Shown one piece after another: positions 12,581 through 25,454 of a stretch of 64,000 bases of DNA. Source of the DNA: Lama guanicoe (Eukaryota); contig MU053513.1 of assembly GCA_013239625.1 (NCBI GenBank), forward strand, positions 4,012,303-4,076,302, written 5' to 3'. Made by a program: the position numbers and the translations under genes. The notes beneath the pieces were generated by a model. It worked only from the letters and a program-made list of their open reading frames with translations, did not search any database and had not been told where the DNA came from. How positions within the stretch are numbered: position 1 is the first letter of the stretch; the number at the start of each line of letters is the position of its first letter.

Positions 12581-13104
12581 TGTGGTGGTTTTAAAAGACA
12601 TCTGCACTTCTTTGACATCCCTCCCGTGCAGAGGTAGAGTGTATGTCCCCTCCTATCAACCTGAGGAGGACTTGGTGACTGCCTCAGGTTGAATACAACA
12701 CGACAGAAAGTGATGCTGTGAGACTTCTGATTTGGGTGAAGAATGACTATGTCTCTTCTGCTGTTTTGGGGAGAGCAGTAGCGGTTGGAGCTGAAGCTGC
12801 CGTGTAGGAAGTCTGGCTATCCCAAGGCTGCCTGGTGGGGAGCCTACATGGACTGATGACCAATGGAGAGCAAGAAGCAGCCCCAGCTCCTCCACTCCCC
12901 AGATACTTGTGTCTTTCCAGCCTAGGCCCTGTGAGTGAGGAAGCCCTCGTCATTGTCTGACTTCGACTCCATAAAAGACCCTGAGCAAAAATTGTCTAAG
13001 TGGCCCTTATCAAAACCCAGATTCATTATCAAAATGAATAATAGTAATTGTTTCAAGTCATTGTTTTTTTGTGGGTTGTTACGCAGCAAGAGATAACTAG
13101 AACA
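12581..13104 (+). mobile_element. MaLR solo LTR (MLT1F/G-like)
   Basis: TG...CA termini (tgtggtggtttt...gcagcaagagataactagaaca); 5-bp TSD caatt/cactt. Confidence 0.9.
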
Positions 13105-13114
13105 CACTTTAAAA

Positions 13115-13240
13115 ATCACTTTCACCTCCCAATTTCCCTGAGCAGGCAGGCTTATATTCCTGTTTCATATATGAGGAAATCGAGACTCAGAGATAATTAA
13201 GTGGATAGTTGCACTAGTCTAGTTCAAGGTCCTCTTTCCA
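13115..13240 (-). mobile_element. MIR fragment
   Basis: atgaggaaatcgagactcagaga (reverse MIR core). Confidence 0.65.
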
Positions 13241-13469
13241 CCAATGAGGAAAATGAGGATCAGAGTGGTGAGACTGTGAGCCTGTCAGCAGAAGCTCTGA
13301 GATATTTTCCAGTCCTTTTTCAGCAATTAGCAATATGTATGTCCTCTGCTCAACACCAGCCAGATTTGCTTCTCATCCAGGGAAACAGGAAGTGTCCAGG
13401 ATCACTTTCATATTCAGGTCATGTTTTCCTTGGCTCCATAGAAATAGTAGAAAGGACATAGACCTTTTG

Positions 13470-13655
13470 GTGACAGAAGGATTTAGCTTCAAACCGACTT
13501 GCTGGCTATGTGCTTATAGTTAAGTTCTTTAACTTCTCTGAACCACGTTTCCATCATCTATAAAATGGGGGTCAAAGTGTTTCCTTTTGATTATTGTTAG
13601 AAAAATAAGATATAATGAATATTAATGGCCTGGCAATTAATATGAGAACCCAATA
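13470..13655 (+). mobile_element. MIR fragment
   Basis: aagttctttaacttctctgaaccacgtttccatcatctataaaatgggg. Confidence 0.75.
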
Positions 13656-13769
13656 GATGCATCTGATAGAATGTTGCTTATAAAGTAACTTCATTATCAG
13701 AACCATTTTTTCCCAGGGGGGCCTAAAATAAGAAAAGTGATGATATTATAGTACAGCAATAATAATATA

Positions 13770-13910
13770 GTAATAATAGCAACTATAATTTAGCTTGTTT
13801 AATCCTCACAGCCAGCACACAAGGTAGGTAATATTATTTACATTTTTAGATGAGAAAATGAGCATGGAGTAGTTAAGTAACTTACCAGTGTTAGTTAGGA
13901 TTTGAATATT
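13770..13910 (-). mobile_element. MIR fragment
   Basis: tttaatcctcacag...catttttagatgagaaaatgag...gttaagtaactt. Confidence 0.75.
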
Positions 13911-14989
13911 GGAAGACCAAGAGGGGAGAAAAAAAAATCGCCTTTTAGCATGGTAGTAAAGAAATATATTTTATTACTATTTGACCTCCCCTTAAGGCCC
14001 TTGAAGAAAATAAAACTAAGTGTAGTTTGCCTGATAACAGCCAAGTCTCCACCAAGCCAGATCATTTCCCAGTCTTGCTGGAAGTCAGTCAGATTCTATG
14101 CAGCTACATCTAATGTTAATGTTGCTTTAGAGGAGGTCTTTCTGGGAAGTCTGGGATTCATTGACTAAGTTCTTCCCTGTAATTATCATGCTCCAGGTGA
14201 AGGCCTCCTCCCCTGAAATGTGCATGCTCTAACGATGCTATGAAGCGTGTTCACGAACTGAAGCACAAAATACTACCATTAGGAAACTTTTAGGCTCAGA
14301 GTGGACCTGAAATATTTGTCTAAGTTGCACTATAATTTTCAAATTCATGATTTAAGATTTTTTTATTGACTTGTCTTTGTTGTAAAGTTACAGCTACTTA
14401 GTACATGTGGATTATATTACTTTTTTTCCAATCTCGTGGTTTTTATATTATAAAAAGCCCTGCTTCTTTAGCACATAATGTAATATTGTTAATACACTAG
14501 TACTAATTTCTAGTGTGCAAGTGTCTTGTAAAGTTGCATGTTGTCATAAAGAGACTTTAATAGTTTTGATCATTTCTCTTAGTAGCTCAGTAAGCATTGC
14601 TCTCTGGGGAAGCATCTGGGGAAATATCTCAAATGTTGAAGCTCAAAGGCACATTAAACCTGCTAATTCTTGATTTACTCAGAACTCAGACTGTTACAAT
14701 AGTCAGCCCATGCTCTATACTTTTTCCCCTGCCCTCTGTAAACTCTCTAGGGGCTTCCTTGTCATTCCCTCGGGTCAGATGGTAAATTAGCATGCATTGC
14801 TTAAGTAATATAGTGGCTTGTATGCTTCTGAATCAGGAGAGGGGAGCTGATGATTTAGTACGTCTGTGAGTCAAGGCCAGCCTTTCACTTTGCTAGAAAC
14901 AGCTGGTGCTTGCATGCTATCATCTGAGAGTTCTGCTAAATTTTTTCCCACTTCTGGTGGTCATGTCTAAAATTTTACTAATGGAGATG

Positions 14990-15430
14990 AGTTCCTATAG
15001 TTTTGAAAATTCAGACACACAGAAGGGCTGAATAAAATAACTCAAATACACAGCCAAGCAAGCAAGGAAAGGAACTTGTATGTGTTAGAACTGAGTGAAC
15101 AGTAGCCATAGTGATAATCATGTGAGCTCATGAAGTCATGGACCAGAAGGACATAGCACCCAGATAGAAGACCTAAAATTTGCTCATGAAAAACATAGAC
15201 TGCCCAAGGAAACAGTCCATCAAAAGGTAGAGAAATAAAACAAAAAAGAATTTTTGTCCAAGGACTAGAAAAAATAGAACCATTTGAAAGACCCTATAAA
15301 ATAAATATATTTAAGAAGTTGATTAAAATGATAAATGAAGAAATAGAAATTTTATAAAATTATAATGCACTTTGGAAAAGATCAAGAGTTTTTGGAAAAG
15401 GACATTTATAAATTAAAAACAGTCTTTGAA
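14990..15430 (+). mobile_element. Ancient L1 (L1ME-like) 5'/ORF1 remnant
   Basis: A-rich tract resembling the start of old L1 ORF1; heavily degraded. Confidence 0.35.
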
Positions 15431-15505
15431 ACTTAAAAGCCAGGGACCATTCTGTGAGGAAAGTACTATCAGCATTCTCTCCATTTAACAGACAAAGAAA
15501 CTGAG

Positions 15506-16222
15506 GAGAGGGCGTGGTGAAAAGGGAACCCTCCTGCACTGCTGGCGGAAATATAATTTGGTGTAGCCACTTGGAAAACAGTATGGAGAGTCCTTAAAAA
15601 ACTGAAAATAGACTTACGATATGATCCAGCAGTCCCACTCATGGGAATATATCCAGGGAAATCTCTTAATTTGAAAAGACATTTACCCCAATGTTCACAG
15701 CAGCACTGTTTACAATAGCCAAGACATGGAAGCAACCTAAATGTCCATTGACAGATGTCTGCATAAAGAAGATGTGGTGTATATATACACAATGGAATAC
15801 TCCTCAGCCATAAGAAAGAATGAAATAATGCCATTCTGCAGCAGCATGGATGACCTCGAGATTATGATTCTAAGTGAAGCAAGTCTGACAGAGAAAGACA
15901 GATATCACATGATACCATTTATATGTGGAATCTAAAAAAAAATGAGACAAATGAACTTATTTTCAAAACAGAGAGAGATTCACAGACATAGAAAGCAAAC
16001 TTATGGTTACTAAAGGGGACAGGGAGCGGAGGAATAAATGAGGGAGTTTGAGATTAGCAGATACAAACAACTATATATAAGATAGATAAACAACAAGGAC
16101 CTACTGTACAGCACAGGGAATAATAGTCAATAGCTTGTAATAACCTATGGTGAAAAAAGAATATGACTGAATCACTATGCTGTACACCAGGACCTAAGAC
16201 AACATTATAAACCAGCTACAAT
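15506..16222 (+). mobile_element. 5'-truncated L1 (ORF2 C-terminus plus 3' UTR)
   Basis: gagagggcgtggtgaaaagggaaccctcctgcactg...; ORF 15741-15935 contains YIYTMEYSSAIRKNEIMPF; degraded TSD aaagaaactgag / aaagtacctga. Confidence 0.95.
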
Positions 16223-16235
16223 AAAAAGTACCTGA

Positions 16236-16321
16236 CCATGAATGACTGAAAAATTGTGCTGAACACTGGAATTTGACACAACATTGTAAAATGATTATAA
16301 ATCAATAAAAAATGTTAAAAA
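16236..16321 (+). mobile_element. Very short young L1 3' terminus with perfect 13-bp TSD
   Basis: atgactgaaaaattgtgctgaacactggaatttgacacaacattgtaaaatgattataaatcaataaaa plus poly(A), flanked by aaaaagtacctga at 16223-16235 and 16322-16334. Confidence 0.9.
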
Positions 16322-16503
16322 AAAAAGTACCTGAGACTCAGAAGGTTAAATGATTTACTCAAGGTCACATAGCTCATAAATAAATGGAGCTGGACTTGAA
16401 CCCAAGTATCTCTGACTCTAAAATTTATCTTTTTAACTATTATGCTATACTGCCTAAGAAAAGTATGAATCCTATAACTATAAAAGGGTGTATTGTATGA
16501 TCC

Positions 16504-16507
<4 letters not shown>

Positions 16508-16540
<33 letters not shown>
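16508..16540. repeat. (ATT)11 microsatellite
   Basis: Directly visible. Confidence 0.95.
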
Positions 16541-16543
<3 letters not shown>

Positions 16544-16621
16544 ATTTCTTAAACAGCCAATGATTGCTTAGAGCTTATCATTGATTTTTATATCTCCAGT
16601 TTCCATTTTCTTAAATTACAC

Positions 16622-17201
16622 TGTATTAGTATTTCATGGCAGTGTACCAAATTACTACAAATTTAGTAGTTTAAAATTACATACATCTATTACCTCTGTT
16701 TCTGTAGATGAGGAGTCCAGATACAGGCCAAAGCTTGGAGCTCTGCTTAGTTTTTCAAAAAGTTGAGGTCAGGTTGTCAGCTGGGCTGCCTTGCTTTCTG
16801 GAGGCTCTAGGAAGCAGTCTGCTTCCAAGGTCATTCTGTATGTTGGCAGAATTCAGTTCTTTGTGGTTATAGGACGTAGATTCCCATTACGTTGTAGATG
16901 TTGGCCAGGGCCACTCTCAGCTCCTAGTGGCTACCCACACACAGCCCCTTGTCGTGTGACCCTCTTTCCATGCCTTCGCATACTTTGAATCTTTCTGATT
17001 TCCTCTGTCTCTGACCCTTAGGCCCAAATTTAAAGGACTCATGTTATAATCTCCCTGTCATAAGATCAACTGACTTGGGGATGTCAGTACATCAGCAAAA
17101 TCTCTTCACGGCGGTACCTAGATTAGTGGTGTACTTAGCAGAAGGTATGTTTACAACAGGGGTGAATATCAAGTGGCCATCTTAGAATTCTGCCTACCAC
17201 A
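16622..17201 (-). mobile_element. MaLR solo LTR (MLT1E-like)
   Basis: tgtattagt...ggccatcttagaattctgcctaccaca termini; TSD tacac/taaac. Confidence 0.9.
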
Positions 17202-17214
17202 TAAACTTCTAAAG

Positions 17215-17960
17215 ATTTCTTTAAAGAGAATTACTAATGTTAAAATCTCTCAGTATCTTCTTGTCTTAAAATATTCATTTAACTTCCCTCTTGAATGGCT
17301 ATTTAGCTGGATATAGAGTTTTATGTTGACAGTAATTTTCTCAGCTTGAGATACCATTCCATCGTATTCTGACCTCTATCATTGTTGTCTGTAAGTCTGC
17401 TGCCAGTTGAATTTTCAATCTTTGTAAGAAATCTGTCCTTTTCGTATAGTTTATTCTTCTTTAAGTTGTTGACGTCCTACAGTTTCACTAAGGTTTATCT
17501 GCTGTGGGTTTAATTATATTTATCCTGCTTGTGACATTTCTTAGGTCTGAAGATTCGTGACTTTTAACAATTTTAGAAAATTTTCAGCTACTATCTGGTT
17601 GAAAATTACTTCTCTTTACTTTTTTCCTTCAGAAATACTTAATAATCTTATGTCCTAAAACATCTGTTGAACATCCATAACATTTTTATTCCATTTTACA
17701 TTTCTCTTTTTTATTTTAAATTTTTTTCTCATGAATAATTTCATAAATCCATGTTCTAGTATATTAATTCTCTTTTCAGCTGTGTTTAATGTGTATTTAA
17801 TTCATTCATTGGCTTGTTAATTCCAATGATACTATCTTTCATTTCTAGTCATTCTCTTTGTTTCTTTTTCAAATCTGGTATTTTTGTCTAAGTCTCTCTT
17901 TTTTAATGTCAGCACTTCTTTACTTTATATCTTAGTTTATTAAAAATATACTAATTTACT
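17215..17960 (-). mobile_element. Ancient L1 (L1ME-like) ORF1 region
   Basis: T-rich; tttagctggatatagagtttt...gttgacag...ccattccatcgtattctgacctct and aattctcttttcagctgtgtttaat are typical of reverse old L1 ORF1. Confidence 0.7.
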
Positions 17961-17964
17961 CTCC

Positions 17965-18262
17965 TTGGCAAGTAATACAGTAATCATTGTTTCAGGCAAG
18001 AATTATCAATGGATCCTGAAACTACTGAATGAACGTTTCATAAGAAATAAGGATATTTGCATAGTCTTGAAATATCTTCCCTGAAATTATTTATTACAAA
18101 GGAGAATGTGGAATATGGAAAAACCTGGCCCACATTACTTAGTGGTCAAAGTTAACCTCCATAGGAATAGGAAAAATAGACAATTTGCCTCCTAATGTGA
18201 TGCACTGGAAGGACACTTCTGTGGCATTCCTGCCAAAATGGCTAACCTGAATGCAACCATAA
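17965..18262 (+). mobile_element. L1MC-type 3' UTR fragment
   Basis: ttgtttcaggcaagaattatcaatggat...gaaaaacctggc...gtggtcaaagttaac...tgcctcctaatgtgatgcactg...ttcctgccaaaat. Confidence 0.75.
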
Positions 18263-18369
18263 GGCTTTGTTCCCCATCAACTGTAATTTCCTCTTTGAGA
18301 GCTATCAAGTTGTATTAGTCTGCAATGATATGATATATGTTACCTACTTATTCAGACTGCAGGATTTTG

Positions 18370-19430
18370 AATTATATAGACCTCATCTTGAGATCTTGAG
18401 CCATCATCATCTGCCATGAAGATTTAAAAAATTGAAGCCAGAATGGCTGGGAGAGGACTACTCTGGAAAAAGCTGTTGATGTTTTGTGTATTTCCACCCC
18501 TGTGGGATAGGAGTGCTTCCTCCTCCCCCTTGATCTGAATAAGAATGAGGTCTCCAAGAGAATTACTTACCGAGGTTGATCTATTGTCCTGTAGTCTGGA
18601 AGCATCAGAATAGTAAGAGAAACTGGAGACAGATTGGCCTAAGGCAGTGAAACAGTAAGAAAGAGGACTACTTTGGGAATAAAAAGCTCTTCTACCAACA
18701 TGCTAGGACAAGGATGTATAAGTTTTTCTTGTGGGTTAAACATGGGCCACATGAGAGAGAGGCAATATGGAGCTGCTCTGAATTCCATTTGCCTCCCCAA
18801 GAAACTTCATGGGTGGAGGTGTGACTTCAATGAGAGATATTACTTACACATGCTCAAAGCCTGGGGTAAGAATTTTAAGCAGCCAGCAAATGACAAGTAA
18901 GCATCAAGAAAGTTGTGATTGAAATGATCCAGTGGGATATCATTGAGTAACTCACAAAACATCCCAAAACAGGAGGAATCAGCTTTGGAACACTTATTAC
19001 TCGTATTCAGAGGGTTCCATCACTGATTACTTCCATACCACTTAAGCAAGATCTTTCTTGTTACTTACTTCCCCCTCATTTCCCCTCTGGTGGATTCAGA
19101 AAAGGCCTGAAAACAGTGAAGGAGAAGAAGAAAGTGGGGAAAAGAGAGAAGTCATGGATGTCTTTTCCCCTTTCTGGACTCCAGGCCTAAGGAAATACCA
19201 AGCTCAGGGAGGAGGACGAGGTAGGGGTGATGGCAGTGATAACAATAAGGAGCAGTGATGATGACATTTTTAGTCCTGTAATGAGACTACAAATGTGCGT
19301 AAAAGTGACTGGAATACTTGTGTACCTGAGCATCTTTGAAAGTTCCTGCCAAGATTTCACTGTGGTGATGAGGAACAAAGTAAGTTTGAAGGGGCAGCAG
19401 TGAAAAATAATGAAGTCGTTTTATGTGTTT
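18370..19430 (+). mobile_element. Possible ancient solo LTR (LTR78/79 or MamGyp-like)
   Basis: Purine-rich U3-like tract, then gacattttt...gagact...gtgactgg...ctgccaagatttca...gtgaaaaataatgaagtc resembling old LTR R/U5; termini not resolved. Confidence 0.3.
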
Positions 19431-19587
19431 TTCGTTTTGTTTTGTTTTTCTGTTTGTAATTATTGAGTTCAGCCCATTGAATATCTGTATTTCATTGACA
19501 GCTTATCTTAGGCCATGTGGTGTTTAACTATCAGAATTGAAACTGAAATTCAGGTACTATTTTCATTCTCTGATAATGACTTTCTTT

Positions 19588-19637
19588 AAAAAAAAAAGAG
19601 AGAGAGAGAGAGAAAGCCAGAGAGAGAGAGAAAGAGA
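19588..19637. repeat. A-run plus (GA)n
   Basis: Directly visible. Confidence 0.9.
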
Positions 19638-20184
19638 ATGACTATTTTGTACTTATTTGCATAATTAGAAAGCTTGGTTTATCTTTGGCTCAAAGGACAA
19701 ACACATGCAAAGTGCTGGGTCTGCAAAATCTTCTCTCCAAGAAGGACAAGCTTGGCTAGCTTGGGTATGGAATTCCCCTGGACATGAGGCCAAGACTTTG
19801 AGAGACCAGGATTTCTCTGGGGAGCCAATATTCATGGAGGGAACAGATGGTTTCCAAAGTAAAACCTAGAGAGAGAGTTCCCCAGAGGGGATCAGATCTT
19901 GGGTTTTTGGCAGAGAGAGAGTTGTTTCACTAGGAGAGTGAAAACATCCCACCCCCCAATTCTCTTCCCTTCACACACACACTTGTAGAACATTTTCTCC
20001 ATAATGACAACACACAGCACTGTATTCACCGCTACAGGATGATCATATCTTCCTGTTGAACCCGGTGGGCTTTTCAAAGAGATTATGAGAAGCCTGCGTT
20101 TTGTCGGTAAACCTCTAGTAAGACCCAGAGGGAAACCAGAACGCAGGCTTCAGATTTGAGACTGCAGCCTGGCTAGTGACAGGA

Positions 20185-20265
20185 ACCAGGCCCGGGCCGC
20201 CCTCCGCTGTGGAGGGGCTGGCAGGGAAGGGGGAGGGGAAACCAGGTGCAGAGGAGGAAGGGGAT
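20185..20265. promoter_or_regulatory. GC/G-rich patch with canonical G-quadruplex motif
   Basis: ggcccgggccgccctccg followed by GGGG-ctggca-GGG-aa-GGGGG-a-GGGG (20214-20238) in unique sequence. Confidence 0.4.
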
Positions 20266-21569
20266 TTTGCAGAGGATCTGCTTTCAACTCTGCATTAGTT
20301 GGCAATGTCACTCTCACTGGAAGCCATGTTAATGAATGCCAATGAGAGCACACAGCGTACTGCCTTATAATACAGTATTTGTTTCCCAGAGCTGCTGGAC
20401 CAAGTATTTGCGTGAAATTTGTGCTTTAACGCACTATGGCCCCAATTTATTGTGAGTGGCAGGACACCAAGGCGTAAATTGGATGTCAGTTTTCTATGAG
20501 AAATTTGCCTTCCAAGCACTTTGCTGACTCTAAAGCTCTGAAAACCAGCACTTCAGTTTCCTTTCAAGCAAACCGTCTGAAGCTAACTCGAAGACTCAAT
20601 ATTGACAGAGGCTTTGAAGTTGGATTTATTGTTCTTCCATCTTTTTTTTTTAAATAAAAGTCACATATCTGCCTTACTTCTGCACAAAACACCTGCAAGT
20701 AATTTTTATTTACTTGTAGATGTTTGGAAGGGAAGAAAGTAAAACAGATAATATTAGCCAGTGTTCTTTTTGTTTGAAATTTTAAAACATTCTTCAGGAA
20801 TACATTATCCCCAGCAAACATTGTACATTAACAGTGGCCTTAATTATTTAGACATAATTTGTTAGAAATTCAATGTTTAACCAAAAAAAGTTAGCAGTAA
20901 AAGTATTAAATTATGACATAGAAAGTATTATAATAAACTATAGTAATAAATATTCCTTTCTTTGAATAACGACCTAAAATATATAACCTACTTAATTTTT
21001 TATATGCATCTTTGTTTGCTGCATAAAACATAAGAGAATCACCTGTAAGAAATATTGATCGTATGTTCATTCTTTTTTCTGTCACTGGTTCTGACTTTAT
21101 TATTAATGTTGACAGTCAAATGATAATATTTCAGTTTATATGGATTTGATGTATTTAAAATAAGAGGCATGATGGGGAGGTATGTTTAGGACAGTTTCTC
21201 TGAACTACCCTACCCTCTCAGACCTGAACTTGGTGTGAATGGCACATAAAAATAAGCGCTTATATACACAGGTTGGGGGGCAGGGTCACAAAATAGTAAA
21301 TGTGAAATCTGTTGGTTTTCCTTCTTTTCCTCTCTTTGTAATTCTTTGAGGAGATCTACTATTAATGGACTTGCCTCCTCTAATTCTAGGAGAAATCAGG
21401 ATAAGTTGCATTCTGTTCATAGTAAATATCTGATGAGAATATGAATTATTTTAATGTAGTGGGAGACATAAAAATGTATACTACTATATAATTAGAAAGT
21501 TATTTTTCATTTACATGTTTATATAGTGTGTTTCATTGTATTAGTGCCTAATCTATTTTAAAAAATACC

Positions 21570-23385
21570 CCACTAGCAAATACTTAAGGAAGAAATAACA
21601 TTAGCCCTCCATAAACTCTCAGAAAACCAAACAGGAGAGAATATTTCTCAATTCATTTTATGAGGCCCCCATTACCTTGATTCTAGAAGCAAAGAATAAA
21701 GCAATATTTTTTTGTTAACAAAGACTCAAAAATCCTTAATAAAATATTAGCAAAAACAAAAAACAAAAAACCCCCCAAAAAACAGCAACACATAAAAAGA
21801 TACTATGTCATGATTGGGTGGGTTTAATCACAATTATGCAAAGTTGGTTTAACACTTGAAAATCAGTTCATGTAATTCATCATATTAATTGAATTAAAAA
21901 ATAAAATGATATATTTTAATAGATATGGAAAAAGCATTTGACAAATCCAATTTCCATGATTGGTTAAAAAAACAAAACAAAAAAAAGCCCTCTTCAAACT
22001 AGGAACAGAAAGGAGCTTCCTAAGTTTGACAAAGTGTACTTACAGAAAACCTACAGGTAATGTCAAATTTAAGTGTGAAAGACTGAATGCTTTTCTCCAA
22101 GGTTATACTCAACATAGTACTAGAGGTTTTTAGTCAGTATACTAAGGCAAGTAAGAGAAAGGAAAGACGTGCAGATTGAAAAGAAAGAAAACTGTCTTAT
22201 TTGAAGACACCATGATTGGGTCTACAGAAAATCCTAACAAAACTAAAGAAAAGCTGCTACAACTTATAAATGAGTTTAGCAAGGTCCCAGGATACAAGGC
22301 AATATTCAGAAATCAGCTGCATTCCCATATACAAGAATAAAACAATTGGAAATTAAAATTTGAAAATAAAAAAATGCCATTTATAATAGCATAAAAATAA
22401 GATGTAGAAATGTATTTAATAAAATAGTGTAAGTTCTGTAAACTGAAAACTAGCAAACACTTATGAACTGAAAATGACCTAAATCAATTTAAAGATATAC
22501 CATTTTTATGAATTAGAAAACTCAATATTATTGTCACTTCTCCCCGAATTTATCTATAGATTCAAAGAAATTTCAATCAAAATCCTAGCAAGTCTTTCTG
22601 TCAAAAATTGACAAAATTCTTTTTAATCCATATAGAAATTCAAATAACCTAGATATCTAAAATATTCCTGCATAAGAATATGGTTAGAAACACTTAATAT
22701 TATCTGATCTTAAGACATACTATAAAGCTACAGCAGTCAAAACAGTGTAGTATTGACCTAAGGATTAAAACATAGATCAATAGAACAGAATCAAGAGTCC
22801 AGAAGAAGATCCCCATTGAATTGATTTTCTACATGTTGCCAAAGTAATTCAAGAGGAAAGAAAAGTCTTTTCAACAAATTACTCTGGAGAAATTAAATCT
22901 GTATTTGGAAAACTGAACCTCAATCCTTACTTTATATTGTATATAAAAAGGAACTCAAGATGGATCAGAGGCCTAAACATTAAAGCTAAAACTATCAACC
23001 TTCTCAAGAAAAACAGAAAAAAAAACCTTCATGAGCTTGGATTACATATAGATTCTCAGAAAGAACAAAAATAGCACACATCATAAAAAATTTGATGAAA
23101 TGGACTTCATCAAAATGTAAAACTTCTGTTCTAAATATACCATTGAGAAAATGAAAAGCAAATAATAGACTTGAATAAAACATTAACAGTTCATATCCAT
23201 GACAAACTACTCATATCTAGAGTACAGAAAGAAATCTTACAACTAAAAAATAACAAACTTATTGCAGTGTAATAAAAAATGGCCAAGAGATTTGAACAGA
23301 TGACTAAAAAGGTTATAAATAACCAATAAGCAAATGAAAAGAACATCTTTAGCCATCAGGGAAATATAAAACCACAAAGAGAGAC
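21570..23385 (+). mobile_element. Old L1 ORF2 (RT to C-terminal region), degraded
   Basis: aattcattttatgaggcc (NSFYEA), gaaaaagcatttgacaaa (EKAFDK), tataaagctacagcagtcaaaacagtgtagtattg, tggacttcatcaaaat. Confidence 0.9.
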
Positions 23386-25435
23386 AGTATCAGTAAATAC
23401 ATAGGAGAGTTGATCAATACTATTAAAAACCTTGAACTTTCTGACATTTATAAAATGCTACATCCAACAATTGCAAAATACACACTCTTTTCAAGTGCAT
23501 GTGATAAATTCATTAAGATAAATCTTATGTTGGACCATAGACAAGCCTCAATAAATTTTAAAGGATCAACATTATACAGCTTGTATTCTCTGACAATAAT
23601 AAGTTACTTATAAATAGTATTAATAATCTAGGAAAACCTCAAATATGTTGCAGATAAACATATTTCTAAATGATTCATGAGTCGAAGAGAAACTTATAAG
23701 GGAAATTACAATGTTTTGTACAATAAAAAACGCAGCATACCAAAATTTGTTGGGTGCAGGTAAAGCAGTACTGAGAGGAAAGCATCACTTTACATTTTTA
23801 TATTAGATAAGAATATCTAAAATTGGTGACCTAAATTTCCCCTATTAGAAGTCAGATGAAGCCCAACAAAGTAAGGCCAAAAGAATAGCATGAAGAAAGC
23901 AATAAAGAAAAATAGTCAACAAAATAAAGGTAAACAATAGAAAACATTAACTCAAGCCAAAATGTGATTCTTTGAAAAGATCACCATGGTTTGACAGGTA
24001 AAAATTAATCAATGTAGTTAATCATTTTAACTGACTAAAGGAGAAAAAACCCACGTGATTACATCAATATTTTCAGGAAAAGCATTAACCCTCCATGGTA
24101 AAAACTGTTAGCAAAATAGAAATAGTAGGGGACTTCCTTAAACTGATGTAGGGTACCCCCTGCTCCCTGAAATTATAAACCAGTAAGGATGTCGACTTTC
24201 AGCACTTCTTTTCAACATTGTACTGGAGGCACTAACTTTGCAATAAGTAAAAAAAAGATTGAAGAAACATAAAGATCAGAAAGGAAGACATAAAACTGTT
24301 ATTTGCAGTTGACATGTTATTTATGTAGAAAATTCTTGGATATCTACAGAACAGTTTCTAGAGTTAGTAAGTGAATTTAGCAATTTCAAAGGATATTAGA
24401 TTAATATGCAAAAGAAAATTTCATATACTGACAGCAAATAGTTGGAAATGAAATTTATAAAATTTTATTTAAGTCATGCCAAAAAACAATATATAATAAA
24501 AGATGTCTAAGTCTTATATACTAAAACCCAAAAAGCATTGCTGAGAGAAATTGAAAAAGATCTATGTAAGTGAAGAGATATACCATGCCTGTGAACTGTA
24601 AGATCTAATAACATTGTGGGTGTTCTCAAACTGATCTGTAGTGTCAATGGAATCCCATTCAAAATTTTACCAGCTTTGTTGTAGAGTTGGACTATGTGAT
24701 TCTAAATTCATATGGAAGTACAAAGAACCTAGACTAACCAAAGCAATTTTTAAAGAATAAGGTTCTGATTTCAAGAGTTTCTACAGTACTGTTTAATAAA
24801 AATTTCAGTGATAACGGACACGTTCTATAATTATGTGCTGCACTATATAGTAGTCAATAGTTTTATGTGGCTATTAAGCACTTGAAATATGACTCCTTCA
24901 CCTAAAGAACTGAAATTCTCATTTTATTTTAATTAATTTAAATTTAAATAGTCAAATTAGTGGCTACTGTATTGGACAGTGTTGACATAGTACAAGGCTA
25001 CATTAATCAAGACAGTTTGATGTTATTAAAAAGAAAGACTTACAGATCAATAGAACTGATGGAAATCTAGAAATAGATCAATGCATATATAGTCAATTGA
25101 TTTTCCACAAAGGAGCCAGGGCGGTTCAATGGAGAAAACAAAAAACTTTTCAATGATTGGTACTGGATCAACTCAGTATCTTCATGAAAGAAAAATAAAG
25201 ATAGATATAACGCTCTAGAATTTCTAGAAAAAGCATAGGAGAAAAATCTGCACTCTGGAATATGCAAAAGTTTCTTAGATAAAACAAAGAACTGCAAAAC
25301 ATAAAAGAAAAAAATGATAAATTAGAGTTCATCAAAATGTAAAGTATTTCTTCTTTGAAAAACATCATTATGAAAACAAAAAGGCAAACCTCAAGCTGGT
25401 AGAACCGATAAACATGGGGAAAATATTTAAACAAT
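23386..25435 (+). mobile_element. Second old L1 ORF2 (endonuclease to C-terminal) with internal deletions, interrupted by MER3
   Basis: ORF 23410-23613 LELSDIYKMLHPTIAKYTLFSSA is L1 endonuclease; ttatttgcagttgacatg is a degraded FADD motif. Confidence 0.9.
24784..24984 (+). mobile_element. MER3 (hAT-Charlie non-autonomous DNA transposon)
   Basis: cagtactgtttaata...atgtggctattaagcacttgaaat...aatttaaatttaaatag...gtggctactgtattggacagtg with imperfect TIRs. Confidence 0.85.
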
Positions 25436-25454
25436 ACTTTACCAACAGAGCAGC

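Larger units (their letters stand above)
15445..16450 (-). mobile_element. MIR split by two nested L1 insertions (MIR parts about 15445-15505 and 16327-16450)
   Basis: ccatttaacagacaaagaaactgag continues after the inserts as ctgagactcagaaggttaaatgatttactcaaggtcacatagct...cttgaacccaag. Confidence 0.85.
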
